Assembly (NCBI GenBank): GCA_030324005.1 | Contig: JARDVH010000025.1 | Span: forward strand, 76,208,729 to 76,272,728 | Direction: 5' to 3' | Length of the DNA stretch: 64,000 nucleotides | DNA from: Negaprion brevirostris | Lineage: Eukaryota | Shown: in pieces, positions 23,297 through 36,605 of the stretch | Layout of the letters: each line of letters begins with the position of its first letter | How positions within the stretch are numbered: the first letter of the stretch is position 1 | Program-made: the position numbers and the translations under genes | Notes under the pieces: model-generated | What the model was told of the DNA's origin: nothing | What the model saw: only the letters and a program-made list of their open reading frames with translations | Databases searched by the model: none

Positions 23297-26200
23297 GTAA
23301 CCACACCAACCTTTCTAACGCTGGCTTGACATAAAGGGCAAAGGGATGTACTGGGGAATTAACTTTGTCGGAGTTTCAGAGGGGGGGAAAAACTTTATGT
23401 CTCGTTTCATATTGTTAATTAGACAAAATCTCATCGGGTTTTCTATTTTATATTTTTTACATAATAAACGCGCCGGTTACAGTAGCGGTTCCGGGTATGG
23501 AGACCTCACTTTTGGTGACATTGTGCACTCTGTGTTAGGAGTTTGTGTGCAGTGAGTTGAATAATTCCAACTGCAAAGCCGGAGTGACTGTTTTTGGTGT
23601 GGGAGTGTTACTGTACACGAGCGGTGGGAATGGTTATTGGGAAACTGGTTCAACTTGAACTTAGCATAAGCAAACATTTGTGCTGACACTCGAACTCCTC
23701 CCAGCCGCCAGTTGTACAGCACACTGCAGCCCCCTCAGCAGCAGTGTATTCGGTGTAAACAGCGAGGAAGGTGTTTTATTTCCAACTTTTCAGCTTAACG
23801 GAATCTCTCCACACAACACCGAATCCAGCTCACCGCCCCTTCCTCTCCACCGGGCTGGTTTAGCTGGAAGTTTTCTCAGCACCTTTTGATCAGGATGCGA
23901 TCGGATTTTGACAGTGCTGGGACCCAACACGTGCAGTAATTCACAGGCTGCAGAGAAACATGTGAGCCACCTCCAGTCCACCTGAACCCACACTCTCTCT
24001 CCTTCCCACTGCCTGTGGTGTCGGGTACTATATACTCCAGCCGAATTATTGAAACATCCCCACCGCTTCCCATGCCCCCAGCCCATCGCTATTTGGAAGT
24101 GATGACTGTTGTTTCTTTTTCTTTCACTCGTTCAAATGCAAAGGCTAGTGTAGTCCGAATCCACACAGCCTCCAAAAGCAGGCTAGTTTCACTGCAAACT
24201 GAGTCAGGCTATTGTGTTGTTCCCAGCTGTTTCCGGCGCAGGCTATAGTTTGCTTCTATTAATTTTAATAGGATGCGTTTAATAAGAGGCTCCAGGGCGG
24301 TTAATGAGACTATTATTAACGGGGTTAAACACGCGGAGCACGATTTATTCCCAAACTGCCTTTTCCCTTATGTCCACAAAGTCACGGCATTTCGATCTAC
24401 GATTTCAGACGACCCGTTAATAAAAAGAATACATTTTCTAAAGAGCAGAGAAGCGAAATATTCTCGAAAATTATAAGTGATGTCCATGTTTTTAAATTTT
24501 CGTTTTTAATATACGCCGCTTATATAAGGCAGTGTACAAAAGCTCAGCCATATTCTATTGGTCAAACCGCAAATGGTGTTTTATTATTATACATTTCCAA
24601 AGTTAAATGATATTCTAATCCACAGGTGTTAGTACGGATAAGATGACAGATAACCTGCCAAAAATAACTACCATTTTATGAGGCTGATGTGATCTTTCAC
24701 TCTTTTTATGATGGAGATTAAAGATTGAATTTTATGAAAGGCCCCAAATATTTAATTTCTTTTTTAAAACAATAAATTAAACAGCCGAATGGTGAGTTTG
24801 TCGACTCTCAGTGTTCTCACACGCGGCTGATCCTTAAATCAGAAGCAAATTGCAATCCGTGATAAAGGAAATCTGTCTTTGCCCGACATTTGGACGGAAA
24901 ACAGCTAACTGTTGAAATCTGGCCAACTACTCCCCTTGGTCCTGTCCACAGTGGATTAAAACATTTCCCAAACGCATTCCCCCTCACTCTTACTTAAACT
25001 CCCAAGTCATCCATACTTTGGATGTTGAGACTGTTTGTTTGTCTTACTTGGTGTATTAATCAACAGTGCCAGGAGAAAAGGGCTCTGAGCCTCTCTCTTC
25101 TCCAAACAGTGCACTGATTGTGATATTGTGATAATCCAATGAATAATGATGCCCTCGAACTATATAGGAACTTGAGTTAAGAGCGAATATTGATTGATAT
25201 CTCGCAGCGTGCCCAATATTCCTGCCTTCAATTGACAAGTGCCTTTCTAGTGAGACTGCCGCTGCGGGGCCGACATTGCCCGAGTCTGATAGAGATCGGC
25301 AATATTAGAAAAGCGGGGCGGGCGGAATAAGGTGGGGGGGGGGGGGGCGNNNNNNNNNNGGAGATTGTAGACAGATGCATCTTTTCAAGTTTATGATCCG
25401 ATTTTGTAGAGTAAATTGATCTTGGCAGAATGAAGTTTGTTTCAATAGGATGTCAGGATACAAGTGGTCTGTTCTCAATTACTCAGCAACCAACCTTTGC
25501 AGTGGCTTTTTTTTAAAGGAAAGAACGGTGGTACTTTATTGCCATCAAGGAGAGATAACGTGCGCCACTGCCTGTTTTAACATGGAGATAATGATCTTTT
25601 TAGGTAAACCCAGGTCAGTCAGTCGGTGAGGTATAATCTGCAGACCTCGCCAACGAATTTTGCACCAAGGAACTAAGACAAGGCACTGCACCGTTTCCAG
25701 TTCTCTCGCAGGCCGAACATTGCAATCTGCCGCTGTAGTTGTTTGTGGGGGGTACAGACAGCAGAGGCGAAGTGTGTGAGACGACCCATAGCTTCGGAGT
25801 CATATTTTAACACGCCTCCCTTTTCTTTACCTCGTCCATATCCATGTTTCACCCCATTGATCACTCGGACAGCCATTTCCCCGGATTCGTTCAGCTTGCG
25901 AGTTACAAAGCCCTAGTCCTTCCTATCAATGTACATGTGTAGCATTCTTGCTAATTTTCTGAAAATTCAAGACAAGGTGGATCCCTCATTGCACGACATC
26001 GCCTGAATAGAAGTAAAAGTGAAATCAGATATATATAGGATCACGTTGATTAGATTTGCGACAGTAACTAGAAAATCCCAATGCCTTTTTTTTGACGAAT
26101 ACATTTATCAGAGCAGGTGCTGAACAAAACCATCCTTCCATCTTCTACCGAAAGGCCTAGTTTATTCAGCCTCATTGCCCGAACTCTCGCCACCATCTAG

Positions 26201-27769
26201 CTCTCGGCCTGCTACCTTTCTTTCGAAAACTCAATAAAAGCTATCTCGGCTATCTGAATTTTCAGGCCCAGCATTTTTGGAACTCAATCATATGAGTTAC
26301 ATTTGTTGTGGTTATTGAACCTTCTCAAATGTTTTGGACTGAGTAGCAATTGTTGAAGTTTAAGAAAATCCGTTTTGAGATTTGAACATAGAATGAGAAA
26401 TAGATCTGTTTTCTCGTGGTTTCAGAGTGCTGGAACCACGCGGATATTTATTTTGTGTGTGTCAGATGCAATTAATGTACAAACTCAATTCACCGTCCAG
26501 TAAAAAAGCGCGATTCACCTGAGCTCGCTGAAAGCACATTATTTTGGAGTTCTTCCCCCCCTCCCAAAAAAAATTGATTTTTTAAAAAAAGCTGTACCTT
26601 AATGAGAAGTTTCACTGAACGGTGTATTTACAGGATTGTAATGCATTAGGACCTGGATATCGTTCATTCAATGGGCAAGCAGTGCATTACGATCGTAGTT
26701 CTTCTATACAGTATAGGTATACAGTATAAATAATTTCTGGCTCGTTATGATGTGTTCCCCCAAGAGATTTAACTATTGCCTCTGGTGGTTTGGTTGCAAG
26801 AATAGCGACTGTCTTTCGGGTTGGTCACATTGTTCCTGTCATGAATTCGTGAAGTTGACAAGATATCTTCGCAGAAGCGCTGATAGAGATTCCATCCTAT
26901 CTCGGATCTTTGAATTATTTGCGCATTTTAAGATGTCCCCTTTCTAACGGACTGAACTTCACTTTCCCATTTAATCCCCATCCCTCTGATTCTGCCTCTC
27001 CATAGTTTCCTTGATCACTAGTTTTCTCATTTAGGGATTTTTTTTAAAAAACGTTCTATTTACCCTTAGGCATGTAATACATTAAAGTATATAATACACA
27101 CTCACACATACATACACACACCGTATATCTGGTTGCAGTGGGAATTACACTTCCGATTGTATTTGTTGATGCAGGAGATATGAGATGATATTCTTTCTAT
27201 TGGCCCCCAGAGACCATATACAAACGCTATTAAAAGCTAAGCCAATACACAATGTTCCCTGCTGCTTATATCACCGTTGCTACAAATGCCAGTACATTTG
27301 AATGAAGATAAATCAAACAGATTTCAGTTGCTTTGTAAAGAGTCGTCAGCATCTGTATTAAAGTGTAAAAAATCAGTTTGAAAATGCTCCAGTAAACGGG
27401 ACACTTAAAAGGTTAAGACTATTTAAGGGCCTGCGATTCATTTTCATGTCCTTGTACATACCCATTTTCACACACGGCTGTACTGTAACAGATACATGGA
27501 AGCTGAACATATATATATTTTTAAATCGTGTTTATATTCCAAGACACGGTAACAGAAAAGCTCTGCATCATTCCTTTTCCCCCAAGGTTCTGCTTGAAAT
27601 GTTATGACACTTTTGAAAGAAATTTGAGAGATAATGAAGTCCTTTGCCCTAATTACAACAGAGGATAGATATTTCTCACAATATTAAATTAAAAACCTAG
27701 AGCCAAGATACAGACTCGTATGGTTTACGTTTGTTTTTTTTTAAAACTGACCGTTAGATATCCACAGCA

Positions 27770-27935
27770 AAGATGTGTGGGTCAGGTGGATTGGCCATGC
27801 TAAACTGACCCTGGTGTCAGGGAGATTAGCAGTGTAAATGAGGGTTACGGGATAGGGCGTCGGTGGGATTGTGGTCGGTACAGACTCGATGGGCCGAATA
27901 GCCTCATTCTGCATTTTAGAGATTCTATAATTCTA
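27770..27935 (+). mobile_element. HE1-like SINE, 3' part, in osr1 intron 1
   Basis: AAAGATGTG...GGATTGGCCATGCTAAA core and CR1-type tail CAGACTCGATGGGCCGAATAGCCTC...ATTCTA. Confidence 0.75.
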
Positions 27936-29214
27936 ACAGCATTTGATAAAGTTAAATGTTCGTGACATGCTTTAAATATTTGATTTAGTCCATATGAATG
28001 ATTGATGTGATAGGCCTCAATCCTGTTAACAATTTCTATGCCAATTGTAATCACCAGCAGAGCACCTTCCTTAGTTTGCAAATGTTGCCATCTAAGTCAT
28101 GGAATCAAATTAGTTCCTTAATTTTCACCAATTACTATTACTGTAAAGTACCAATGACATCGGATTGGTTGCGAGACTGAAGGCTAGGTTAACATAATAG
28201 AACCTAATCAGCAGCTAATATGATTACACTTGCATAACCCGGCACTGGGACTTCTTTCATCGCGCACACGCTGACAAATTACCCGTGACTGGTTGCACTG
28301 AGCGTTATCTGCCATGACTGCTGAGAGTTAAAGGAGATTTCTGGTGTGACTTTTCTTACCAACGCTAATGGAAAGTCTCACTAATTAGCAAAGCCAATCT
28401 TAGAGGAATGTCAGTGTGTTTCATTCCGGGTCACTGCAGAGGAATTCCACATGATGTCAGTTCGCTTGGTTTGTCAATTGGTTCTAAATGATTTATACCC
28501 ATTTCTCTCCCGCTTCCCTGGCGTGCTTCTTTTCGGCTGTTTGTTTCGAGAGGTAAAATCAGAAGTGGTCGTTAAGTGGGAGAGCAAACTGGCCTTAATG
28601 GCTCTTTCAGAAATGTCCCGTTTCTTTCATAAAGAAGTGAATACTAACGGTTACCTCCCGAAAGCAAATCTCCAATAACTGACAGGGTCTTTCTAATGAT
28701 CCGAAGTAAGAGTCAATTACTTCTGCGCCATGACCATAAACCACTAAATCCTTGGTGATCCCAGGACCAGAAGATGCTAATTAGTTGCACCGCACCTTAT
28801 TTTCTCAAATATAACGGGAACCGATGATCTTTCACCGATTCACTTGCGACAAATTTTCGAAATCATCATTTGAACCTAAACAGAGGAATGGCATATTAGC
28901 GGCGGAAACACACTGCAGACCAGTTGATAATTCATTCCGGGTGTTGGCTGTGAATCGCCTATTCAATTTTTTATTCGCCCCTTCAAGAATATGAGGGGTA
29001 CATGGATATGGAATCAGGAATACAGCTCCGTAGTGGATGCGCTCGTTTTATACAAAATTTCCCGCTACAAAGCAACGGGATTTCGATAATGTTACGAACT
29101 GTTGGTCAAATAGAACCGCAGCGTTTATGTGCCTCCTCCGAGGTTGTTCCTGTGATGTGTAACGGAGGTTAAAGCTTATCAGAAATAGGCGACCCAATCC
29201 CCTCCCATGTGCTT

Positions 29215-29424
29215 AGAAAGAGAAAATAGAAGAAGAAGAAGCAGGCCATTCGGTCATTCCCGCCTGCTGCACCATTCATTATGATCATGGCTGATCATCC
29301 ACTCAAAAGTCTGATCTCACCTTTGATTCCCTTCGCTCCAAGAGCTATATCTAACTGGTTTTTTTTGAAAACATACAATATTTTGGTCTCAACTGCTTTC
29401 TGTGATAACGAATTCCACGGGCTT
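29215..29424 (-). mobile_element. CR1 LINE 3' end fragment in osr1 intron 1
   Basis: GCAGGCCATTCGG...CACCATTCATTATGATCATGGCTGATC...GAATTCCAC, the reverse of the CR1 tail seen at 3.75-3.95k. Confidence 0.75.
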
Positions 29425-30273
29425 NNNNNTCTACCCCTGTTGTGACGTTGCTGGGACTAGCTGCAGGGACTGGGGCTGAGTGATTAATAATATTACAAAA
29501 ATTATATTTTTTCTGCCTTTGTACGTGACAAGTTATGCACCCTTTATACTTGCAAAATTATTATGTTCCTTTTATAAGACAGAAGATTTTTTAAAATAGT
29601 ACAATCCACGCGCTATATCTAAGTAACTAAGGGACTTTCACGGTGATTTCATTTCAGTGTTAATGTAAGCCTACTTGTGATACTAATAAATAAACTTTAA
29701 ACTTAAAACATTGGGAGAGATCGAGTTATTCCCGCCAATTCTAAACGAGAAATGCATCATTCAATCTCATTGCCGAGAAACTTGCCCCAACATTTCCAAC
29801 TGTCGTCACGTTTATTAATAGCTCTCGTTAAGCTGAAGGTTGTACATTGATTAATTTGACCCAATTTTAAGGTCACAGCGAGCGGAGCATTTAGTTGCCT
29901 TCTACAGTTCTCCCACCAAGGGTTAACAAGCAATGTTGCGGGTGGCGGTGGGTTGAACTGCTCTTTTTACTGGTACGGATGCTTATCCCGTGAGATATGG
30001 AAACGGTAGCTCAGAAAGAAGAAACAGGTTTGTGTTTGGAAAATATGTTTACATTTAATTAATAAGACACTAGTCTGCTTAACTGTTGTATTGTACACGA
30101 ATGCCACATTCCCGAGGTATGTGTTTTCAAGTGAAACATCCCTTTGCCATATTTGAGAATCGGTTGAATTTTTGCTAAGAATGAACGTGGCGTCGTCACT
30201 CACTGCGTACCCTTTGCTTTTATACCAAGGTTTCTGCAAGTTGGCAAGAGCTCCTGCAACCCAAGTGAGCGCC

Positions 30274-31017
30274 ATGGGCAGTAAGACTATTCCAGCTCCA
30301 GTGCCTATCCATCCGTCGCTACAATTAGCCAACTATGCATTCCTCCAAGCTTCCAACGGCATCCCCACACCTTCCGAACAGTTGCACAACCTCTACGGCT
30401 TCAGCACCCTCCACACGGTCCATCTGCATCAGTGGACCCTGGGTTATCCTCCGATGCCTTTGCCCCGATCCTCCTTCTCCAAAGTACCCTCTGTTTCCGC
30501 ACTGGTGGACACTCGCTTCCAGCTCCCCACAATCCCCATCTTCCCCCACGTTTTTCAGCCCAAACAAGAGTCCAGCGGCATTCCGAACAAGACGAGGCCC
30601 AGGTTCGACTTCGCCAATTTGGCCATTGCGGCTACCCAGGAGGACCACCNNNNNNNNNNNNNNNNNNNNNNNNNNNNNNNNNNNNNNNNNNNNNNNNNNN
30701 NNNNNNNNNNNNNNNNNNNNNNNNNNNNNNNNNNNNNNNNNNNNNNNNNCTAAGCGCGGACAGATAGACGGACAGTGCTCTCCTTCAGCCATCGGTTCCC
30801 TGCTCGATGCCACCAAGTTATCGCCGGAGAGGAAACCCACAAGGGGAAGGCTGCCGTCCAAAACCAAAAAAGAATTTGTCTGTAAATTCTGCGGGAGGCA
30901 CTTTACCAAATCGTACAATCTCTTAATACACGAACGGACCCACACCGATGAACGCCCCTACACGTGTGACATTTGTCATAAAGCATTTAGGAGGCAAGAT
31001 CATCTCCGTGACCACAG
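30274..31017 (+). CDS. osr1: Protein odd-skipped-related 1, first coding exon (N-terminus plus zinc fingers 1-2); contains a 100-N gap at 30650-30749
   Basis: Translates [25 protein letters not shown]...[18 protein letters not shown] / KRGQ...[59 protein letters not shown], close to vertebrate OSR1. Kozak GCCATGG. Acceptor AG at 30228-29 or 30239-40; donor AG|GTAAGA at 31018. Confidence 0.97.
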
Positions 31018-31334
31018 GTAAGAGGATACTTCTTTACCTCCCAATCTCCTGTACTTACACACTTTGATCCCTTTCATTTCAACTTCGTTGCGTTAATGTT
31101 TGCTCACGACAGGATCTGGCTGCTTACAGTCTCGACTCTAACTGCAGGGAATCTGAATCAAATCCAGGAGAATGACAGTTGGTTCTCATGACTTCCAATG
31201 AGTCGAGACTGATATTTAAATCGTGCAAGAAGTTATTCATGAAAACATTCAGATGAATGGCTTGCCTAGTGAGTTTATGATATTGATTATAATGGTCCAT
31301 AGCAACAGTGGCTAAGAAACTCGGTTGCGTTTGA

Positions 31335-31514
<180 letters not shown>

Positions 31515-31854
31515 ACAAGAAATCGGCAAACAGGACTCAAAAGTGGAGCATTGAGGAAAGCCGAGAATGCGGACAGACCTTCACATTTAGCAACAGCACA
31601 GACTATATCCATTCCGCTGCTGTTTTTTTCTGTTATTTTATTCCAATACAGTTTTTTTTTCTGCGGGATTCTGCTATGGGGGAAGACCTGTGTCGTTTTC
31701 TAAGTCTGAGCAACAGCAAAACAAAAAAAAAATCCATGGTTTCGGTAGATTGCCTCTTGACTGGAGGGCGGTTTGAACTGTTGTCACCGTCCCTGATGTC
31801 CTCCGCCGTGAACTTGGAGTTGGAAGGTGATGCTCTGTCTTCTGTGTTTAATAG

Positions 31855-32003
31855 GCATCTTCGCAACCCGTGGCAAAATGTTTAATCAGAGGGACAACCT
31901 GAAAACTCGCCTCCTCACACACTGACAGGAAACCTCGCGTGCCCCTCAGCGTGCCAACCTTCTCCGGAGAAACGGTGACCTGAGGCGCCACAGCCTCACC
32001 CAC
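31855..32003 (+). pseudogene. Pseudo-exon encoding degenerate OSR-family zinc fingers 4 and 5, within the osr1 3' UTR
   Basis: After acceptor TCTGTCTTCTGTGTTTAATAG| the pieces read ASS, TRGKMFNQRDNLKTRLLTH (31866-31922), TDRKP (31921-31935) and [19 protein letters not shown] (31947-32003). These are colinear with OSR2 [54 protein letters not shown], with frameshifts and lost Cys/His ligands. Confidence 0.9.
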
Positions 32004-32643
32004 CATCTCAGAAACAACCCTGGTCTCCAAAGCGTTGCAGCATGCGGATGGAGACTTTTAGCTAAGTTTATTAGGTCTGATATTTTTTCCAAAACTTTAG
32101 AGTATGGGGTGGAATAATTACCAAATCGCAGCTAAAGGCCAAAGAAAGAGAGAGAGAAAAAATGAAGACTTTTGTAATATTTGAATGAATGAGGAACATC
32201 TCTGACTGAGAATTGAGGGCAGGTTTCACCTCTTGTGAATGGGGACTAGAAAGGCATGAGTAATATTACAGTCTGATCGGGAGCTGAGCCCCAACACTTC
32301 AGCTTCGTGAGGTGAAATTTTAGCATGGCAATTTTTTTTAAAAAGCGCATCAATAAACCGCGGCTAGATGGAAAACTGCACTCCAGGAGTAGCTTGTGAA
32401 CTGCATCGCCTGAAATACTGCAGTGGCCTGAACTGAGTGCTAAACCAATGTGGCAGATTGTCCGTTAAGAAACAAAAGCAGAACAAAGGACAAATACACA
32501 GTCATGCAATATAAAAACACTCCAAACTACATTCCAATCGGCGGGGGTTTTTAAACAAATAGTTCTCTGTAAATGTTTTGGCACTTTAAGCTGTTTTTTT
32601 TAACTATTTCCATGTATCACTGGATTTCTAATCTTTTTAAACG

Positions 32644-32649
32644 AATAAA
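32644..32649 (+). terminator. Likely osr1 polyadenylation signal (alternative AATAAA at 32352-32357)
   Basis: AATAAA preceded by U-rich sequence with TGTA elements, about 1.1 kb after the stop codon. Confidence 0.5.
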
Positions 32650-34554
32650 TTGCCATTTTTAGGCAGTGCGCTGACCATTCCTTTACTGCAACACAAATAA
32701 GTTTTCTTTTACTTGAGGCGAGAGCATGTTTCATTTCTGTCTTCATCAGAGGGACGAGCGATTTAATGAACGTATCAAATACGGCAAATATATTCACAAA
32801 TCTAAACCTACCCTCTTTACAAAGAGATCCAATACGACACCTGGACCGCTTTCTGACACCTCCCCTCACCCATTTCGACTATCTTTATATGTACAAAACA
32901 TCTAAAGATATTTATGGGTACTTTAAAATATCTCTTAGGCTTTACTGAAGGGTAGCTGGCCCTTCAGCAAAGGTATGTGGATTCGGCTCACTAGCTGAAA
33001 AGGGAAAGTGTTGTACTTCACATGAACGCGTTTGTGTTATCCCTGCGACAAATTTCCGGTCACCGATGGAACACTGGCTAGTCTAGGTGGGTCGGTCCGA
33101 ATGGCCATGGAAAGATCAGGGCGAGGCACTAAAGTCGACAGTTAGGAGACAGCTTTTGAAGTATTCCCTCACATCTATAAATGTACCTCATACACAGGCT
33201 TTGAGCACCGGCTGACTGGTACTGATCTGAGCTTTAGGAACCCGCAATGCACATTTGAAAAAAAAATGCCCCTTTGCTGCAATGTTTTATTTTGTACTTT
33301 AGCTTAGGTTTTAAAAACAGCTCCTGGCCGACTGTTCTTGTCTCCTTTCCATTCACATTAAAACTAAACCATTTCTTTTTTTGTTTACTAGAGCAATTCA
33401 ATGAAAGGAATCCAGGCGCGATGGATTATGTCTGTTGGAAATGTTTTGAAGTTATTTTCAAAGGGGATTTATTTGGTTTCTATATAATGGTGACGATCAC
33501 ATTATCATTGCAAGGTTAATTTGCTGTTATAAATAAAAAGAAAACAATCTTTAACCGCGTGCTCACATTGTAACATTCTGGATAAAGTGGAGTTTGTTCT
33601 TCGTTTGTACCTGCCCACTGCAGTGGCCGGGCGGGACCAATCTCTTCCAACAGGCAACCTCCCGGGAACCGGTTATCAGATTCTTGGGATCAGCGACAAG
33701 CCCATTCCGAAACTTCCTGACACATTCACAGAAACCACATGAACAAACCATATTGGGTCTTGCACATTTGAAAAAAAAATGCCCCGTTACTGCAATGTCT
33801 TATTTTGCAGAGCGTTTGCAGGAGCCCGGAATTGTTTTCTTCTGCTCCAACTACTGGACTAACATAGCCAGCTTCGAACCAATAGCTGGAGTGAGGGTTC
33901 CTTGAAGAGTTCACGCTCAAAACTCTTGACTTGTCTGGAATTTTATTTTTTGCACAGGTGTATGTTTCCAGCACCTGCTATTTTTGTTTCAGATTTCCAG
34001 CATCCACAGAACTTTCTAAATTTACTATGTAGGTTTTTATTCACACTGCCCGGCCGGAAATCCAGTTCCAAGGCTCTGCAGAGAACACATCCAGCAATAA
34101 ATCTATATTTAGAGTGGAATTAAGCCCGTTTTTTGTACGTTTAGACGGCCCGCGGGTGTAGGTTGAAAACCAAAAGAGGCGCGGGCATTCCTGTTAATTA
34201 CAGTTGACACGGCATTGCTGATGCCCTCTTACGTGACCTTATGCAATCAAAGTGATGAGATTATATGCTTTGGGGAACTTCGTATCAGATCACCCTAGAA
34301 TCCAGTCGGCGCTGCCTCCGGATTTATGGTCGAATGTTACCGAACGTTACCACTGGTACCCAGAGCATGACCCACTTTACAGTGACATTAAAGTTGCAGC
34401 ATAGACATACGCTTAGTTGGAGAGTCGAAGCTCTTGGATGCAGGATTACAGATGGTTGAAAAGATTAGTCAATTTATAAAGTGGAAATGTGCAATTAGAG
34501 CCTAAATGCTAAAAGTATATGGGGAAAATAGTCTAGCATTTTGGCATAGTTTTT

Positions 34555-34830
34555 GTTTCATTTAGGGGACGTAGGCTTTGTTGGCTAGGCCAGAATTCAT
34601 TGCCCATCCCTTAGTGCTCTTGAGAAGGTGGTGGTGAGCTACTTTCTTGAACCACTACATACAATCCATGGTGTAGGTATACCCACAGTGCAGGTAGGGA
34701 GAGAGCTCTAGGATTTAGAGCAATATATTTCTAAGTCAGGATGGTGTGTGGCTTGCAGGGGAATTTCCAAGTGGTGGTATTCCCATTTGTCTGCTGCCAT
34801 TGTCCTTCTAGATGGTAGTGGCAGAAGCTT
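34555..34830 (-). mobile_element. LINE 3' end fragment (same family as 44.2k)
   Basis: Colinear with 44210-44500 (GGCCAG.A.T.ATTG.CCAT.CC...GAAGGTG.TGGTGAGCT..CTTCTTGAA). Confidence 0.7.
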
Positions 34831-36179
34831 TGCTAGAACTGAAATGTTAACTTTATCTTTTAACTTTAAACTTGCTGATTGATTTGCTATGGATATCCAA
34901 CATTTTTTTCAGTTTGGGTTTTTAAAGTTTTTAGATTTTATAAGGTAATAGCAAAACTACCTTTAATTAAAATAATCAAGCTGTGCATTCTTTGGACTTA
35001 TCAAGGTGAAATATGTCAGCTGTAGGCAATGACATTTTTATTCCCAAACTGGACACTGGATGCTGACACTGAAAGTTCTTTGGTAACTGTAGTTGAGGCC
35101 AGATGCAGCTCAATGTGTATTCTCTCCTCTAAGCAATGATTGAAATCTTATAATGAGAAAAAACGTCTTCTGCTACACCCAGTACAATTTGTCTTTTTAT
35201 TCCATTAGCAATAATCTAAATACTATGTGTGAGATTACTAATTTATCTGGAAGGTTCCCTTTGATTATTATGTGTATCAATATCATGTAGTGTCTAGAGT
35301 ATCATCCCTAAATATTGCACAATTTTGTTCATCAGAATTAATTTGCAACAGAATAAATTGGATTCAAAAGGGAATTTACAGCTAGGAAAAATAAAACTTT
35401 CCTCATTTTGCTGTGGATATGGATTTGAGCACATAGATCCTTGAGATGAAAAGGTAACATTCTAACACATTGCACCACTCAACCCCATTTCAACCAACTG
35501 TCTGATTTTCAACTCACTTAATGCTAGCTTATATCAGCAATTTATTTAATAAAAGCTAGATTCTGATTGTGTGTCTTGGAGTAAATCAAGAGTTTCACCA
35601 ATTAATGGGATGCTATCCTTTTAATACCATCATCTCATGAGATGCTATTACAAGAGTATCAGTATATTCACACATATACAATTTAAGTTTAAGATTGATA
35701 TCATTGTATGGTGGTACGATTACTGTGTGCATGATGATATTGGTTCTGTACTCTGTGGTATGTTTGTGCATTATATTCTGTTCACTATTTGCTGTTATGT
35801 GCTGTGCCTTCTTTAAGTTGATCTCTATATTGATTCCTATTTATGACTTATGTGGATTACAGTTCACTCAGGGAATCCAAGTTGCTGTGGCTGCGGGCAC
35901 TTTTACCTGAATGTTGTAGCTTGGAGTTATGGATAATGATGGTACAGGCTCCAAGCTTTTACCATCTCCCATTGGCGTGTTGGAAGATTTGCAGGTTGAC
36001 ACGCAACCTTTTCGGCTGCATTGTGAACACACCTTCTTTGCCCATCAAGCCCTGAGGTAGTACAAAACTTCATCCATTTACTATTAAGTATGTGTCATAA
36101 ACTGCTTATCATATACTAACTTCTCTTACTGTGGGCGCTTTATATCATTCAGCATATGCAGACTTGCCTTACTATAAAA

Positions 36180-36605
36180 CTCTGCATTCTGTGTTAGATG
36201 GTGGTGGTTCAATCCTCACAATGAAGTTGACCATTTAACCTAGTCTTAAACTGAGCGTGTACCATATTGTTAGAAACATAATGGGCAAGATTTTCTGGCC
36301 ATGCTCGCCCCAAAACCAGAAAATCCTACCTGAGGTCAATAGACCTTTGCATGATCCTGTCCCACCCACTATGATTCTTATGGCAGGTGGGACAGGAATA
36401 TTTCAGGTGCATTATCTTGTTCAATATCCTTTAACCAGCTGCCCCAAAACAAATTAACTGATCATTCATCTCATTTGCTGATTGTGGAGCCTTGCAATGT
36501 GTAAATTAGCTGGATATTTCTCTACTTAACAACCATAATTACACATCAAAAGAAGCTTCTCCTCAGTCTGAGAACATGAAAGTTAGCATATAGTGTGTTC
36601 TTTTC
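36180..36605 (+). mobile_element. Old Deu-domain SINE remnant interrupted by a MITE-like repeat (36282-36405)
   Basis: GGTTCAATCC B-box-like motif, then the 125-bp repeat, then TATCCTTTAACCA...ATTTGCTGATTGTGGAGCCTTGC...AAATTAGCTG. Confidence 0.5.

Noticed and set aside
30172-30273. ORF-track extension [19 protein letters not shown] upstream of MGSKT as a contiguous genomic N-terminus
   Set aside because: It runs through the branch point, pyrimidine tract and acceptor, so the part before 30230 is intronic.
30325-30945. 206-aa antisense ORF over osr1
   Set aside because: Shadow of the coding strand, inflated by the N gap.
33594-33905. ORF containing FRNFLTHSQKPH as a candidate extra zinc-finger exon
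   Set aside because: No Cys/His spacing or extended similarity; the convincing finger 4-5 relic is at 31855-32003.
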